This document shows positions 44,853-54,059 of a DNA stretch of 64,000 nucleotides, in pieces; positions within the stretch are counted from its first letter, which is position 1; each line of letters starts with the position of its first letter. The position numbers and the translations under genes are program-made. Location of the stretch: positions 35,589-99,588 of the forward strand of contig CAYFZH010000001.1 of the NCBI GenBank assembly GCA_964347785.1, given 5' to 3'. The DNA comes from an uncultured Candidatus Saccharibacteria bacterium. Its GTDB lineage: Bacteria; Patescibacteriota; Minisyncoccia; Phycocordibacterales; Zambryskibacteraceae. Below the pieces are notes generated by a model. The model did not search any database. It was not told where the DNA came from and saw nothing but the letters and a program-made list of their open reading frames with translations.

Positions 44853-46640
44853 ATGAAAGGGATTAGAGATTATTTTTCGAGTGTGTGGTTTGCTTTAGGA
44901 TTTTCTTTCCGTTTCGTACCCAGATCTACCGCACTCATGGGGGTGATGAATGGAGTAGTGGGAGTTTTGCCATATCTCAATGCTTTTATCTTGGGCAAAC
45001 TTGTAAATAATATTGTCGATGGAGCTCAAAATGGGCAGTTTGGAAATGTTTGGCAGTTAGTTTTCCTATACGCTTTTCTTGGTACGTTGCCAGCCTTGTT
45101 TAGTAACCTGCTTATGTATGTAAACAGGTATAGAATGCTCACTCTTCAGATGGAGACCGATCTCAGTATCTTGAAACGTAGGGAGGAAATCGATATAGCT
45201 CGCTACGAAGATCCAAAATTTCAAGATCTCATCCAGCGTACATTTAGAAATGGTCCCAACCCTACGTTTCAGTTGAGTAATGCCCAGTTCGATCTTATTA
45301 GGGCAGTAGTAGGATTTGCTGTGGGTACTACATTATCTATCAACTTTAGTCCGTGGGTGTACTTTCTAGTAATTGGGGCTGCGGTACCCGCTTTCTTTAT
45401 GGATATAAAGTATGCAGGTAAGGCTTGGAGTATCTGGGCTAAGGATTCCCCAGAACAACGTCGGCTTGGAGATCTGCGTCAACACATCACATCTAGATAT
45501 AATCTTATCGAGACAAAGTTACTTCAGTCTGGGGAGAAACTTTTTTCTTGGATGAGAAAGATTTTCGTAGATTTCTCTGATATCCAGAGAAAATTAGAAA
45601 AGAATAGGGTTTGGCAAAATTCAGCCGCGGATCTAGTCGCCTTCCTTGGGTTTGCTGGTGGGCTTGTGTTGATAGTTAGAAGTGTGATGGGCGGAGAATC
45701 ATCAGTGGGTACTCTAGTCTATATGATGGGTACTCTGGGAAGTGTGCGAAACTCCATCGCCAATCTTCTAGAGACTATCTCAGGACAATATGAGAACCAT
45801 TTGGTCGTCCAGGATTTGAAGGAATTTATGGAGACAAAGCCTGTTATCACCGAGACTAAAGAGCCTAGATTTTTGGATATCAAATCTGCTCCAGAGATTG
45901 TCTTCGAGAAAGTGAGTTTCAAATATTTCGGTTCTGACACTTGGAGTCTGAGACATTTGAGTTTGACCATGAGAGCAGGAGACAAGATTGGTCTCGTGGG
46001 TAACAACGGTGCGGGTAAGACCACTTTCGTCAAACTTCTCTGTCGTATCTATGACCCCACAGAGGGGAGGATTCTGGTCAATGGAGTAGATCTGAGAGAA
46101 ATCTCGATCAAGGAGTGGTGGTCGTATCTGGGAGTGATGTTCCAAGACTATGCGACATATGATTTCAAGGCTAAGGAGGCTATCGCTATAGGTCGTCCAA
46201 GTGGGAAGCTCGATATGAACCGTGTCAGAGAGTCTGCCCAGATTAGTCAGGCATCAGGATTTATCGAACAGTGGAAGGATGGGTTCGACCAGCAGATTGG
46301 AGTGGAGTTCTCTGGTGTAGAGCCGTCTAAAGGTCAGAGACAGAAGCTCTCTATTGCCAAGGTGATCTATCGTGATGCTCGTATCATGATCCTCGACGAA
46401 CCGACAGCTTCTGTAGACGCAGAGTCGGAGGCGAAGATCTTCAACTCTCTCGAGAACCTCTCCAAGGACACCACAGCCCTACTCATCTCGCACGACTTCT
46501 CGACCATCTCTCAGTGTGACCAGATCTTCGTACTAGAAGAAGGTAAGCTCATCGAGGAGGGTAACCACAAGGAGCTTATGAAGCACAAGGGTAAGTACGC
46601 TGAGCTCTACGACCTCCAAGCAGAGAGGTTTAGAAAATAG
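44853..46640 (+). CDS. ABC transporter, fused permease-ATPase (type I exporter)
   Basis: TM domain followed by Walker A GNNGAGKTT, signature SKGQRQKLSIAK and Walker B IMILDEPTA. Confidence 0.85.
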   Translation: MKGIRDYFSSVWFALGFSFRFVPRSTALMGVMNGVVGVLPYLNAFILGKLVNNIVDGAQNGQFGNVWQLVFLYAFLGTLPALFSNLLMYVNRYRMLTLQMETDLSILKRREEIDIARYEDPKFQDLIQRTFRNGPNPTFQLSNAQFDLIRAVVGFAVGTTLSINFSPWVYFLVIGAAVPAFFMDIKYAGKAWSIWAKDSPEQRRLGDLRQHITSRYNLIETKLLQSGEKLFSWMRKIFVDFSDIQRKLEKNRVWQNSAADLVAFLGFAGGLVLIVRSVMGGESSVGTLVYMMGTLGSVRNSIANLLETISGQYENHLVVQDLKEFMETKPVITETKEPRFLDIKSAPEIVFEKVSFKYFGSDTWSLRHLSLTMRAGDKIGLVGNNGAGKTTFVKLLCRIYDPTEGRILVNGVDLREISIKEWWSYLGVMFQDYATYDFKAKEAIAIGRPSGKLDMNRVRESAQISQASGFIEQWKDGFDQQIGVEFSGVEPSKGQRQKLSIAKVIYRDARIMILDEPTASVDAESEAKIFNSLENLSKDTTALLISHDFSTISQCDQIFVLEEGKLIEEGNHKELMKHKGKYAELYDLQAERFRK

Positions 46641-46665
46641 GTCATTTTGTGGTAAAATCGCTCAA

Positions 46666-47964
46666 ATGATAACTAGAACACAGGTCAAGGATATCTCGAA
46701 GGAAGCTGGCAAGGAGTGCTCTGTAGCCGGCTTCGTCCACGCACTCCGTGTGCAGTCGAAGATCGTCTTTATCGTCCTGCGAGACATTACAGGAGTAGTC
46801 CAAGTGGTGGTCACTGCGGACAACTCACAGTTCGAGATAGCGAAGTCTCTCACTCTCGAGTCTGTCATCCGTGTGACGGGTATGGTCAAGGAGTCCGCTC
46901 AGGCACCCGGAGGCTTCGAGATCGAGCCGGTGACATCTATAGAGATCCTCAGTGCATCCGCTCCAGAGCTCCCGATACCGGTCGTGGTGAAGGGGAACGA
47001 TGAGGAGACAGAGGCACCTACTCGCTTCGACTACCGCTGGTTAGATCTACGCAAGCCAGAGAAGACCAAGATATTCAAGGTCTGGACCGAGTTCGAGAAG
47101 GGTTGGCGTGAGTATTGGGACAAGAATAACTATATCCAACTCTACCCACCAGCCTTTATGTCCACACCATCCGAGAGTGGGGCAGATGTCTTCGAGGTGA
47201 AGTACTTCGACAGGAAGGCATACCTCGCTCAGTCTCCGCAGTTTTACAAACAGATGGCGCAGTCGGCAGGGCTCGAGAGAGTCTTCATGGTGGCACCAGT
47301 CTTCCGTGCGGAAGAGTCCTTTACCACACGACATATGACCGAGTTTACTGGCTGGGACTTCGAACTCTCATATATCGAGAACCACCATGACATCATGGAC
47401 GAAGAAGAGGGGATGATAGTCGCTGGGTTCGAGAGACTAGAGAAGATGTTCCCTGAGCTCAATATCACTGTACCTACTCAACCCTTCCCCCGCATCACCA
47501 TGCTTGAGGCGAAGCAAATCTTGTCGACACTCGGTGTCAACAGTCCAGAAGAGCACGATCTCTCTCCAGAAGAAGAGCGGGCCATATCGGAGTATGTGCA
47601 TAAGGAGCACAATCACGAGTTCGTCTTCATCACCGAGTATCATAAGTCGAAGAGTGCCTTCTACCATATGCGTCTCGAGGAAGGCTCTGACAGATCTCGT
47701 CGCGCAGACCTGCTCTACCGAGGGATCGAGGTAACTACTCTCGCTCAACGTGAGCACAGACCAGAGATTCTCGAGAAGCAAGCAGTAGAGAAGGGGATGA
47801 ATCTTGAGTCTCTCAAGGACTATCTCAACTTCTTCCGCTACGGCTGTCCTCCACACGGTGGTGCTGGAGTCGGTCCAGCAAGGTTTATCATGAAGATCCT
47901 CGACCTCTCAAACGTCCGCGAAGCGACGTACCTCCCAAGGGATGTGAAGAGGTTGAATCCGTAA
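46666..47964 (+). CDS. aspS: Class IIb aminoacyl-tRNA synthetase, short archaeal/eukaryal-type. Probably aspartyl-tRNA synthetase; AsnRS is not excluded.
   Basis: N-terminal OB anticodon-binding domain, QSPQFYKQ, motif 2 FRAEESFTTRHMTEFTGWDFE and motif 3 GGAGVGPARFIM. The D in ..GWDFE favours AspRS. Confidence 0.65.
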   Translation: MITRTQVKDISKEAGKECSVAGFVHALRVQSKIVFIVLRDITGVVQVVVTADNSQFEIAKSLTLESVIRVTGMVKESAQAPGGFEIEPVTSIEILSASAPELPIPVVVKGNDEETEAPTRFDYRWLDLRKPEKTKIFKVWTEFEKGWREYWDKNNYIQLYPPAFMSTPSESGADVFEVKYFDRKAYLAQSPQFYKQMAQSAGLERVFMVAPVFRAEESFTTRHMTEFTGWDFELSYIENHHDIMDEEEGMIVAGFERLEKMFPELNITVPTQPFPRITMLEAKQILSTLGVNSPEEHDLSPEEERAISEYVHKEHNHEFVFITEYHKSKSAFYHMRLEEGSDRSRRADLLYRGIEVTTLAQREHRPEILEKQAVEKGMNLESLKDYLNFFRYGCPPHGGAGVGPARFIMKILDLSNVREATYLPRDVKRLNP

Positions 47965-48006
47965 CATTTCCTTACTCAGTAGGGTTTTATATAAAGGAGG
48001 TGCGAT

Positions 48007-48381
48007 ATGAAGAAGGTTCCATATCCACATTCGTTTGAGGCTGGAACTGAATGGCAGGATGGCTATGTTCATCCAGAAGGGTTTAAAGTTAAGCTTAAAG
48101 CTCGTTTCCCAGACTGGTCTGGCTTACACGGACTTCTTGATAGTGAAGACAAGTGTGTGTGGGAGCTCCTTTGGATCTATCAAGGAAGACTCGGTACAAT
48201 CAAAGCTGAAGAAATTGTCGCTGCTGATGACAATGGCACCTTGAAGGAGATTGTCGCCAGAGTACGGGAAGCTCTTGAGCTTCACAACTGGCTCAACGAC
48301 CTTGAGAAGGAATTCTTCCCAGAAGAAATCGCTCGTCGTGAGGAGCGAAGGAAAAGAGATCTCGAGAGCTGGTTTTATTAG
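48007..48381 (+). CDS. Hypothetical protein (124 aa)
   Basis: SD AAGGAGGTG upstream. No known motif. Confidence 0.45.
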   Translation: MKKVPYPHSFEAGTEWQDGYVHPEGFKVKLKARFPDWSGLHGLLDSEDKCVWELLWIYQGRLGTIKAEEIVAADDNGTLKEIVARVREALELHNWLNDLEKEFFPEEIARREERRKRDLESWFY

Positions 48382-48407
48382 CAACAACTGAATCATCCTA
48401 TAAATCA

Positions 48408-48429
48408 GCGCCCGGCTTATGCCGGGCGC
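48408..48429. terminator. Hairpin gcgcccggc-ttat-gccgggcgc between convergent genes
   Basis: 9-bp GC stem with U-rich flanks on the minus side. Confidence 0.5.
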
Positions 48430-48447
48430 GTTGTAGTCTCACTGGGT

Positions 48448-48690
48448 TTAGGTTGAGCGTACCTCTGTTGGTATTCTCCTCGACACGAAGGCGTGGTCCA
48501 GTGGCACGATATATGCCTGCTGTTCCGTCCTCCTGTCGGAGGACTCTCTTTTGAATTGCCCATGAGAGTGCTCGGTGAATCCTCTCCGAGTCAGTTCGTT
48601 ACGGGCTACTTGCTCGCTACCGTATGGGCCAAAATTGCCATCTTCTCTTGTAGAGAAACTATAAGTGGTGATCTGCACACAGACTCTCAT
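48448..48690 (-). CDS. GC-rich small hypothetical protein (80 aa)
   Basis: Strong SD GGAGGTGG 5 nt upstream of the ATG at 48690. About 58% GC. The ORF-track start at 48738 is an upstream extension. Confidence 0.4.
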   Translation of the reverse strand: MRVCVQITTYSFSTREDGNFGPYGSEQVARNELTRRGFTEHSHGQFKRESSDRRTEQQAYIVPLDHAFVSRRIPTEVRST

Positions 48691-48771
48691 GGTGCCACCT
48701 CCGCTGGATAATGTAACACCAGATATTCTATAAAACAAACTAGGTTATATTAAAATTATTTGTAAGATAAT

Positions 48772-48800
48772 TTGACTTGTTACTATAAATAGTGTATAAA
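48772..48800 (+). promoter_or_regulatory. Sigma-70-like promoter TTGACT-17-TATAAA
   Basis: Consensus hexamers with 17-nt spacing in an AT-rich intergenic region. Followed by TGTGCTATG. Confidence 0.5.
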
Positions 48801-48806
48801 TGTGCT

Positions 48807-48985
48807 ATGCCTAGAGCATATTACAGTGCACATATGAATTCCTGCGGGCTCGGTCAGAAGATCGACGCCTCTTTTGCCGTATCTACCCAGAACGGATTCA
48901 TATTGTGTTCAGCTGTAATTGTCTAATCTCTCTAACTAAAAAGAATTTGGAAAACTGGAGCTGAACAGAAGCTTCAGTTTTTGTT
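48807..48985 (+). ncRNA. Roughly 180-nt promoter-to-terminator transcript without an ORF: candidate sRNA or cis-regulatory attenuator leader of the GNAT gene
   Basis: No ORF of 30 aa or more. Long-range helix atatgaattcc/ggattcatat, and an intrinsic terminator (ctgaa..ttcag + TTTTTGTTT at 48958..48985) about 40 nt upstream of the GNAT start, with no promoter between them. Confidence 0.4.
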
Positions 48986-49024
48986 TAGCAGTTGTTCTTT
49001 CACTTCAACACAGAGGATACGAAG

Positions 49025-49594
49025 ATGGTGACAGGAAAAGTGGTTTTTCTCCATGGTAAGAATGTGGTCCTACGTCCGGTTGAGAAGAGTGACGTGCCGA
49101 ACCTTGTCAGGTGGATCAACGATCCTGATGTGCGGCGGTTCCTCAATAACTCCTTTCCTCAGAATGAGCGTGACGAGGAAGAGTGGGTGAGTTCTCTGAG
49201 CAAGAAGACAAATAACATCGTCTTTGCTTTGGAGACTCTCTCTGGCTCTCCGATCGGAGTTATGGGACTTCACAACATCAAGTGGCGTGACGGTGTGGCG
49301 ACCACAGGAGCGTTTATCGGGGAGAAGGAGTATTGGGGCAAGGGTCTGGGGTCTGAGGCTAAACTGCTTCTCCTCGACTACGCCTTCAACACTCTGAATC
49401 TCAGGAAGATTTGCTCCGATGTTATCGCCTTCAACGAGAGGAGTTACAAGTACAGTCTCAAGTGTGGCTACAAGGAAGAGGCGAGACTCAAGTCCCACAT
49501 CTTCCGCGCTGGTCGCTACTGGGACATGATCCTCTTGGCAGTCTTCCGCGAAGACTTCGAGTCTGTTTGGGAGAAGTATCAGAAGGGAATCTAG
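49025..49594 (+). CDS. GNAT-family N-acetyltransferase (RimJ/RimL-like)
   Basis: GNAT motif A (IGEKEYWGKGLGSEAKLLLLDYAF). The ATG at 49025 has an AGAGGA SD-like sequence upstream. The ORF-track TTG at 48992 is an extension. Confidence 0.75.
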   Translation: MVTGKVVFLHGKNVVLRPVEKSDVPNLVRWINDPDVRRFLNNSFPQNERDEEEWVSSLSKKTNNIVFALETLSGSPIGVMGLHNIKWRDGVATTGAFIGEKEYWGKGLGSEAKLLLLDYAFNTLNLRKICSDVIAFNERSYKYSLKCGYKEEARLKSHIFRAGRYWDMILLAVFREDFESVWEKYQKGI

Positions 49595-49600
49595 TGTGCA

Positions 49601-49637
49601 AAAGCCTGTGGTCTACACGACCACAGGCTTTTTTATA
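49601..49637 (+). terminator. Strong rho-independent terminator aaagcctgtggtc-tacac-gaccacaggcttt followed by TTTAT
   Basis: 13-bp stem followed by a T-tract after the GNAT gene. Confidence 0.8.
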
Positions 49638-49675
49638 TTATATAAAAGAAAAGGACCACCCTGGAAAGAAAAACT

Positions 49676-49872
49676 TCCATAGGTGGCCCCGCGAACGAGC
49701 GAACGAGCGAACGAGATTGAGACGAAGGACGAGCCCCCGGTCCGCGCGAGAGGTCCGCGGGGACCGAACAGTGTCGGCGCCACGGTGAGCTACTCGCCGC
49801 GAACCGGGGTAAGTCAGGTGGAGAGGCTATGCCGTCGAATGAATCACCCGGCGGACACGCCCCGTCGCCACC
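49676..49872. other. GC-rich (about 65%) non-coding island of about 200 nt with an 8-nt x3 tandem repeat (gcgaacga, 49691..49714) and several GC hairpins. Unknown element.
   Basis: Composition shift against about 35% GC flanks. Contains the direct repeat ggtccgcg x2 and long-range complementarity ggccccgcg/cgcggggacc. Only junk-like ORFs overlap it. Confidence 0.3.
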
Positions 49873-50000
49873 CTTATCTATATCCTATCATACATCACAT
49901 TTTTTGTCAAGCATTTGTTATATATCATCTAGAAATGGCTCAGATTAGCCCTCCTTGAGACTTGGGGGATAGAGGAAGAAAAGCTATAATACTAGGACTT

Positions 50001-50741
50001 ATGGAGGGAACTTATACGGTAAAAACACATGTCTTCGAAGGTCCTCTAGATCTACTACTAGAGCTTGTGACCAAGAGGAAACTCTTTATCAACGACGTCT
50101 CTCTGGCACAGGTGGCAGATGACTTCATCAAGTACTTAGATGAGCACGAAGAATTCCCTATAGCTGAGAGTGCGGAGTTTATCCTCGTGGCCTCGACCCT
50201 CATGCTCATCAAGAGTCGCTCGCTCCTACCGATGCTAGAGCTGACTCAGGAGGAAGAGGAGAGTATCCACGACCTTGAGAGTCGTCTTGAGATCTATGCG
50301 AGAGTGAAGGAGCTTGCAGGGGAGCTCAGACTTATCTTCGGCAAGAAGATGATCTATGAGAAGGAGTCGAGGAGAAACGAGACTATCATCTTCTCCCCAG
50401 ATGCGAAGACCGACAAGGAGAACCTCCTCCTCTCGCTAGAGAGAGTGATCGACTCTCTACCCAAGAAAGAGTTCCTGCCCAAAGTGATGGTGAGGAAGGT
50501 GGTCAGTCTCGAGGAGATGATCGAGCGACTCGCCGAGAGGGTGAGTAAGGCGAACAAACTCTCCTTCACCAGCTTCCACGGAGCGAAGGGTGCTCTTACT
50601 CCAGAGAAGAAAGTTTCTATCATTGTTGGTTTCCTTGCTATGCTGGAGCTTGTGAAGAGGGGAGCTATCCGCGTGAGTCAGGAGGAAGGAGGGGAGATCC
50701 ACATGGAGACAGAGATGGTCAATACACCGAACTATGCTTGA
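50001..50741 (+). CDS. scpA: Segregation and condensation protein A
   Basis: ScpA N-terminus (FEGPLDLLLELV.KRKL.I.DVSLAQVADDF). The ATG at 50001 is preferred, and TATAAT lies 10 nt upstream. The ORF-track TTG at 49962 is an extension. Confidence 0.8.
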   Translation: MEGTYTVKTHVFEGPLDLLLELVTKRKLFINDVSLAQVADDFIKYLDEHEEFPIAESAEFILVASTLMLIKSRSLLPMLELTQEEEESIHDLESRLEIYARVKELAGELRLIFGKKMIYEKESRRNETIIFSPDAKTDKENLLLSLERVIDSLPKKEFLPKVMVRKVVSLEEMIERLAERVSKANKLSFTSFHGAKGALTPEKKVSIIVGFLAMLELVKRGAIRVSQEEGGEIHMETEMVNTPNYA

Positions 50742-51273
50742 GAAAAAAATCGAATCAATCTTATTCTTCCGTAACGAACCGGTGACTATCGCCGAGCTTG
50801 CCAAGATACTCGGAGAGTCGCGAGAAAATTTACAATTATCAATTTCCAATTTACAAAAGGAATACCAAGATAGGGGGATAGTCCTCATCACCGATGGAGA
50901 GCAGGTGAGTTTCGGTACTCATCCAGAGAATGCTGATCTTATCGAGAAGTTACAGAAGGAGGAGTTCTCTCGAGAGCTTGGGCGAGCGGGGCTTGAGACT
51001 CTGGCAGTCATCGCTTACCGCGGACCGATCTCAAGGAGGGAGATAGATCAGATCCGTGGGGTCAACTCAGGATTTATCCTCCGTACCTTGCTTATTCGAG
51101 GATTGATTGAGAGAGTCGAAAGCTCGACAGGCGAGAGAAGCTTTACCTACAAACCAACTCTCAAACTCTTCCAACACCTAGGCGTCTCTTCTAGAGAAGG
51201 TTTGCCCCAGTATGAGAGCGCCTTCAAGAAGATAGAAGAGTTTGTAAAGACTGAACCAGAACAAGATGCCTAA
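50734..51273 (+). CDS. scpB: Segregation and condensation protein B
   Basis: ScpB tandem winged-helix motifs (IESILF....PV....LA.IL; LETLAVIAYRGPISRREID.IRGV). 8-nt overlap with scpA. Confidence 0.85.
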   Translation: MLEKKIESILFFRNEPVTIAELAKILGESRENLQLSISNLQKEYQDRGIVLITDGEQVSFGTHPENADLIEKLQKEEFSRELGRAGLETLAVIAYRGPISRREIDQIRGVNSGFILRTLLIRGLIERVESSTGERSFTYKPTLKLFQHLGVSSREGLPQYESAFKKIEEFVKTEPEQDA

Positions 51274-52216
51274 CGAATTCCTTGCCAGACGTGATCAGGA
51301 GATTAGACTCGCCGTCATCTTGGTTGTTATCCTTGCACTCATGTTTATACTCTCATCTATCTTCGGTGTGCGAGTACAGAGAGATGACCACTCTGTGCCG
51401 ACACAGGTAGCGGTGGGAACCTTCCCAGAAGTAGAGCTCGAGGCGAAGTCTGCTTACGTCTTCGACGTGAGGACCGAGACCGTCCTCTACGCTCTCGAGG
51501 AGAACAAGCGTATGCCACTAGCATCTCTTACCAAGATTATGTCTGCTCTGGTAGCAGAAGACCTCTCACCTTCGTACGGTACGGTGACTGTGACAAGTGA
51601 GGCACTGAAGAGTGAGGGAGATAGTGGACTTAGAGTGGGTGAGAAGTGGAGACTCAGGGACTTGCTCGACTTCTCTCTGGTAAGTTCTTCTAACGACGGG
51701 ATACGAGCAGTAGCTCTCGCTCTCGGAGCACTCGATAGTGCTATCGCCACAGATGAGGAGATTATCTCTGACTTCGTGAGGAGGATGAACGCTAAGGCTC
51801 TCGAGCTCGATCTCAAGAACACTTACTTCTGGAACGAGACAGGTCTCGATGAGTCAGAGGTGAAGGGTGGTGCATATGGTACAGCCAAGGATATAGCTAC
51901 TCTCATGACTCACATCGTGAGATACCATCCAGAGACTCTCTCGGCTACTAGAGAATCTCTAGCCACTCTGACCTCTCTCAACAATCTCGAGCATAAGACC
52001 AAGAACACCAACCTCATCACTGGGTCTATCCCTGGCCTTCTTGCATCCAAGACCGGATTTACCGATACTGCTGGAGGGAACCTTGCCTTCGTCTTCGACC
52101 CAGAGATCGGACGCCCTATAGTGGTCGTGCTTATGGGCTCGACTGTCGATGGGAGGTTCGCTGATGCAGAGAAGCTAGTCTCTGCCAGTGTGCAATATAT
52201 AAACGGAATAGAATAA
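51266..52216 (+). CDS. D-alanyl-D-alanine carboxypeptidase (low-MW PBP, S11 family)
   Basis: SxxK (ASLTK), SxN (SSNDG) and KTG (KTGFT) motifs, plus an N-terminal TM. Confidence 0.8.
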   Translation: MPNEFLARRDQEIRLAVILVVILALMFILSSIFGVRVQRDDHSVPTQVAVGTFPEVELEAKSAYVFDVRTETVLYALEENKRMPLASLTKIMSALVAEDLSPSYGTVTVTSEALKSEGDSGLRVGEKWRLRDLLDFSLVSSSNDGIRAVALALGALDSAIATDEEIISDFVRRMNAKALELDLKNTYFWNETGLDESEVKGGAYGTAKDIATLMTHIVRYHPETLSATRESLATLTSLNNLEHKTKNTNLITGSIPGLLASKTGFTDTAGGNLAFVFDPEIGRPIVVVLMGSTVDGRFADAEKLVSASVQYINGIE

Positions 52217-52220
52217 ATAT

Positions 52221-54059
52221 ATGTGTGGTATCACCGGTATAACCGACAGCAGAATAGGGAGACTCGAGGAATCTATCCAGAAGATGAACCGTGCCATAGC
52301 GCACCGTGGACCAGACGACGATGGCTTCTTCGTCGACGTCTACGTGGCACTTGGGATGCGCCGACTCGCTATCATCGATCTAGACAAGGGACGCCAGCCC
52401 ATCTCCTCTACCGATGGGCGCTTCCTTATCTTCTTCAACGGAGAGATTTATAACTACAAGGAGCTCAAGAAGGAGCTCTCGGACTACGTCTTCAAAACGG
52501 AGAGTGATACTGAAGTGATCTTGGCAGGGTTTATCAAGTGGGGCGCAAACGGCGTACTCAGCCGTTTGCGCGGGATGTTCGCTCTCGCTATCTACGACAC
52601 AGAGGAGCACAAGATCCTCCTCGCTCGAGATCCATTTGGCATCAAGCCACTCTACTACTGGAAGGAGGATGGCAGGGTGAAGGCCTTCTCCTCGGAGATC
52701 AAGAGTTTCCTCGAGCTTTACTCCTTTAGACCTGAGGTCAATGACAGAGCTGTGGTCAACTTCCTCTCATACCAATACAATCCGCTCGATGAGACCTTTT
52801 TCAAAAATGTTTACAAACTTGCACCCAACCACTTACTCGCCATCGATCTGAAGACGGGCGTCTTCGACATAGAGTCTTATGGGCAGTTCAACTTCTCTCC
52901 GGATGAGAAGCTAGAAGAAGAACCGACCAAGCAGAAGATCCTCGAGACGATGGAGGACTCGGTCTCTCATCATATGATCGCCGATGTGCCAGTGGGGTCC
53001 TTCCTCTCTGGCGGGATAGATTCTTCTATCATTGCCACTCTGATGCAAAAGATTCGTGGAGAGAAGAAGATCAAGACATTTACTGTTGGATTCGAGAGTC
53101 TCTCGGAAGGAAATGAGGCCAAGGAAACAGCAGACCCTCTCGGGACCGAACACATTGAGATCACCGTGACTTCCGATGAATACTTCCAAGCCTTGCCTCA
53201 AGCGGTATGGCACTTCGACGAGCCGGTGGGGGATCCTTCGGCACTTGGACTCTATTTCCTTGCGAGAGAAGCGAGGAAGTCGGTCAAGGTGGTGCTCTCG
53301 GGAGAGGGGTCTGATGAGCTCTTCGGCGGGTACAATATATACCTTGCACCTCTAGCTCGAGCCAAGATGGCTTGGCTTCCACACTGGCTTCTAAGACTCT
53401 GTGTCAGTCTACCTTTCGAATACTATGGTAAGAACTATCTGCGTCGTGTGGAGATGAAGCTCTCGGAATGGTACTTCGGTCAGAAGTACTTCAACGAGTC
53501 TATCTTCCAGAGAGAAGAGATTGGTAAACTTTGGAAGGGGAAACCACAAGAGTTTCTCTCTCTTGAATCCTTATACAAGGATATTGCCCACTTGAGCGAC
53601 TCTACTCAGATGCAGTATATCGATATCCACACATGGCTTGTCGGAGACATCTTGGCGAAGGCAGATAAGATGACGATGGCTCACTCGCTTGAGCTCCGCG
53701 TGCCCTTCCTCGACAAGGAGGTGGCAAGACTCTCTGAGACTCTGCCTGACAGGTTTAAGTGGCGTGGGGGTGTGACCAAGTATCTCTTGCGAGAGGCTTT
53801 TAGATCCGTGCTTCCAGAATCTACGAGGAATAGGAGGAAGCTCGGTTTCCCCACTCCGGTCAAGAACTGGTTTACTAGAGATAGGCAGGATATCTACGAC
53901 TTCATCTTGGAGAACGCTTATGTCAAATCACACTTAGATACTGACATTATCAAGAAATTGGTGGAAGATCACCTGTCTCAAAAGAGAGATAACTCAAGGA
54001 AAATTTACCTCCTTCTACAGCTCAGCCTCTGGTACAATACCTTTATCGAAAGAAAATAA
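52221..54059 (+). CDS. asnB: Asparagine synthetase B-type glutamine amidotransferase
   Basis: N-terminal Cys2 (MCGI), a GATase-2 domain, and PP-loop SGGIDSS. 612 aa. Confidence 0.85.
   Translation: MCGITGITDSRIGRLEESIQKMNRAIAHRGPDDDGFFVDVYVALGMRRLAIIDLDKGRQPISSTDGRFLIFFNGEIYNYKELKKELSDYVFKTESDTEVILAGFIKWGANGVLSRLRGMFALAIYDTEEHKILLARDPFGIKPLYYWKEDGRVKAFSSEIKSFLELYSFRPEVNDRAVVNFLSYQYNPLDETFFKNVYKLAPNHLLAIDLKTGVFDIESYGQFNFSPDEKLEEEPTKQKILETMEDSVSHHMIADVPVGSFLSGGIDSSIIATLMQKIRGEKKIKTFTVGFESLSEGNEAKETADPLGTEHIEITVTSDEYFQALPQAVWHFDEPVGDPSALGLYFLAREARKSVKVVLSGEGSDELFGGYNIYLAPLARAKMAWLPHWLLRLCVSLPFEYYGKNYLRRVEMKLSEWYFGQKYFNESIFQREEIGKLWKGKPQEFLSLESLYKDIAHLSDSTQMQYIDIHTWLVGDILAKADKMTMAHSLELRVPFLDKEVARLSETLPDRFKWRGGVTKYLLREAFRSVLPESTRNRRKLGFPTPVKNWFTRDRQDIYDFILENAYVKSHLDTDIIKKLVEDHLSQKRDNSRKIYLLLQLSLWYNTFIERK

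Noticed and set aside
48890-48950. preQ1-I riboswitch in the GNAT leader (CUAACUAAAAAGAA tail)
   Set aside because: Only an A-rich tail resembles the preQ1 aptamer 3' segment. The gene context (GNAT) does not fit queuosine genes, and no P1 or loop consensus could be aligned.
49676-49872. tmRNA (ssrA) assignment for the GC-rich island with gcgaacga repeats
   Set aside because: A GCG-AAC-GAG frame resembles the start of a tag, but no frame ends in a hydrophobic ..AA tag before a stop. No T-arm GGUUCGA-type loop or 3' acceptor/CCA context could be folded. Only a 6-bp terminal complementarity (ggtggc/gccacc) was found.
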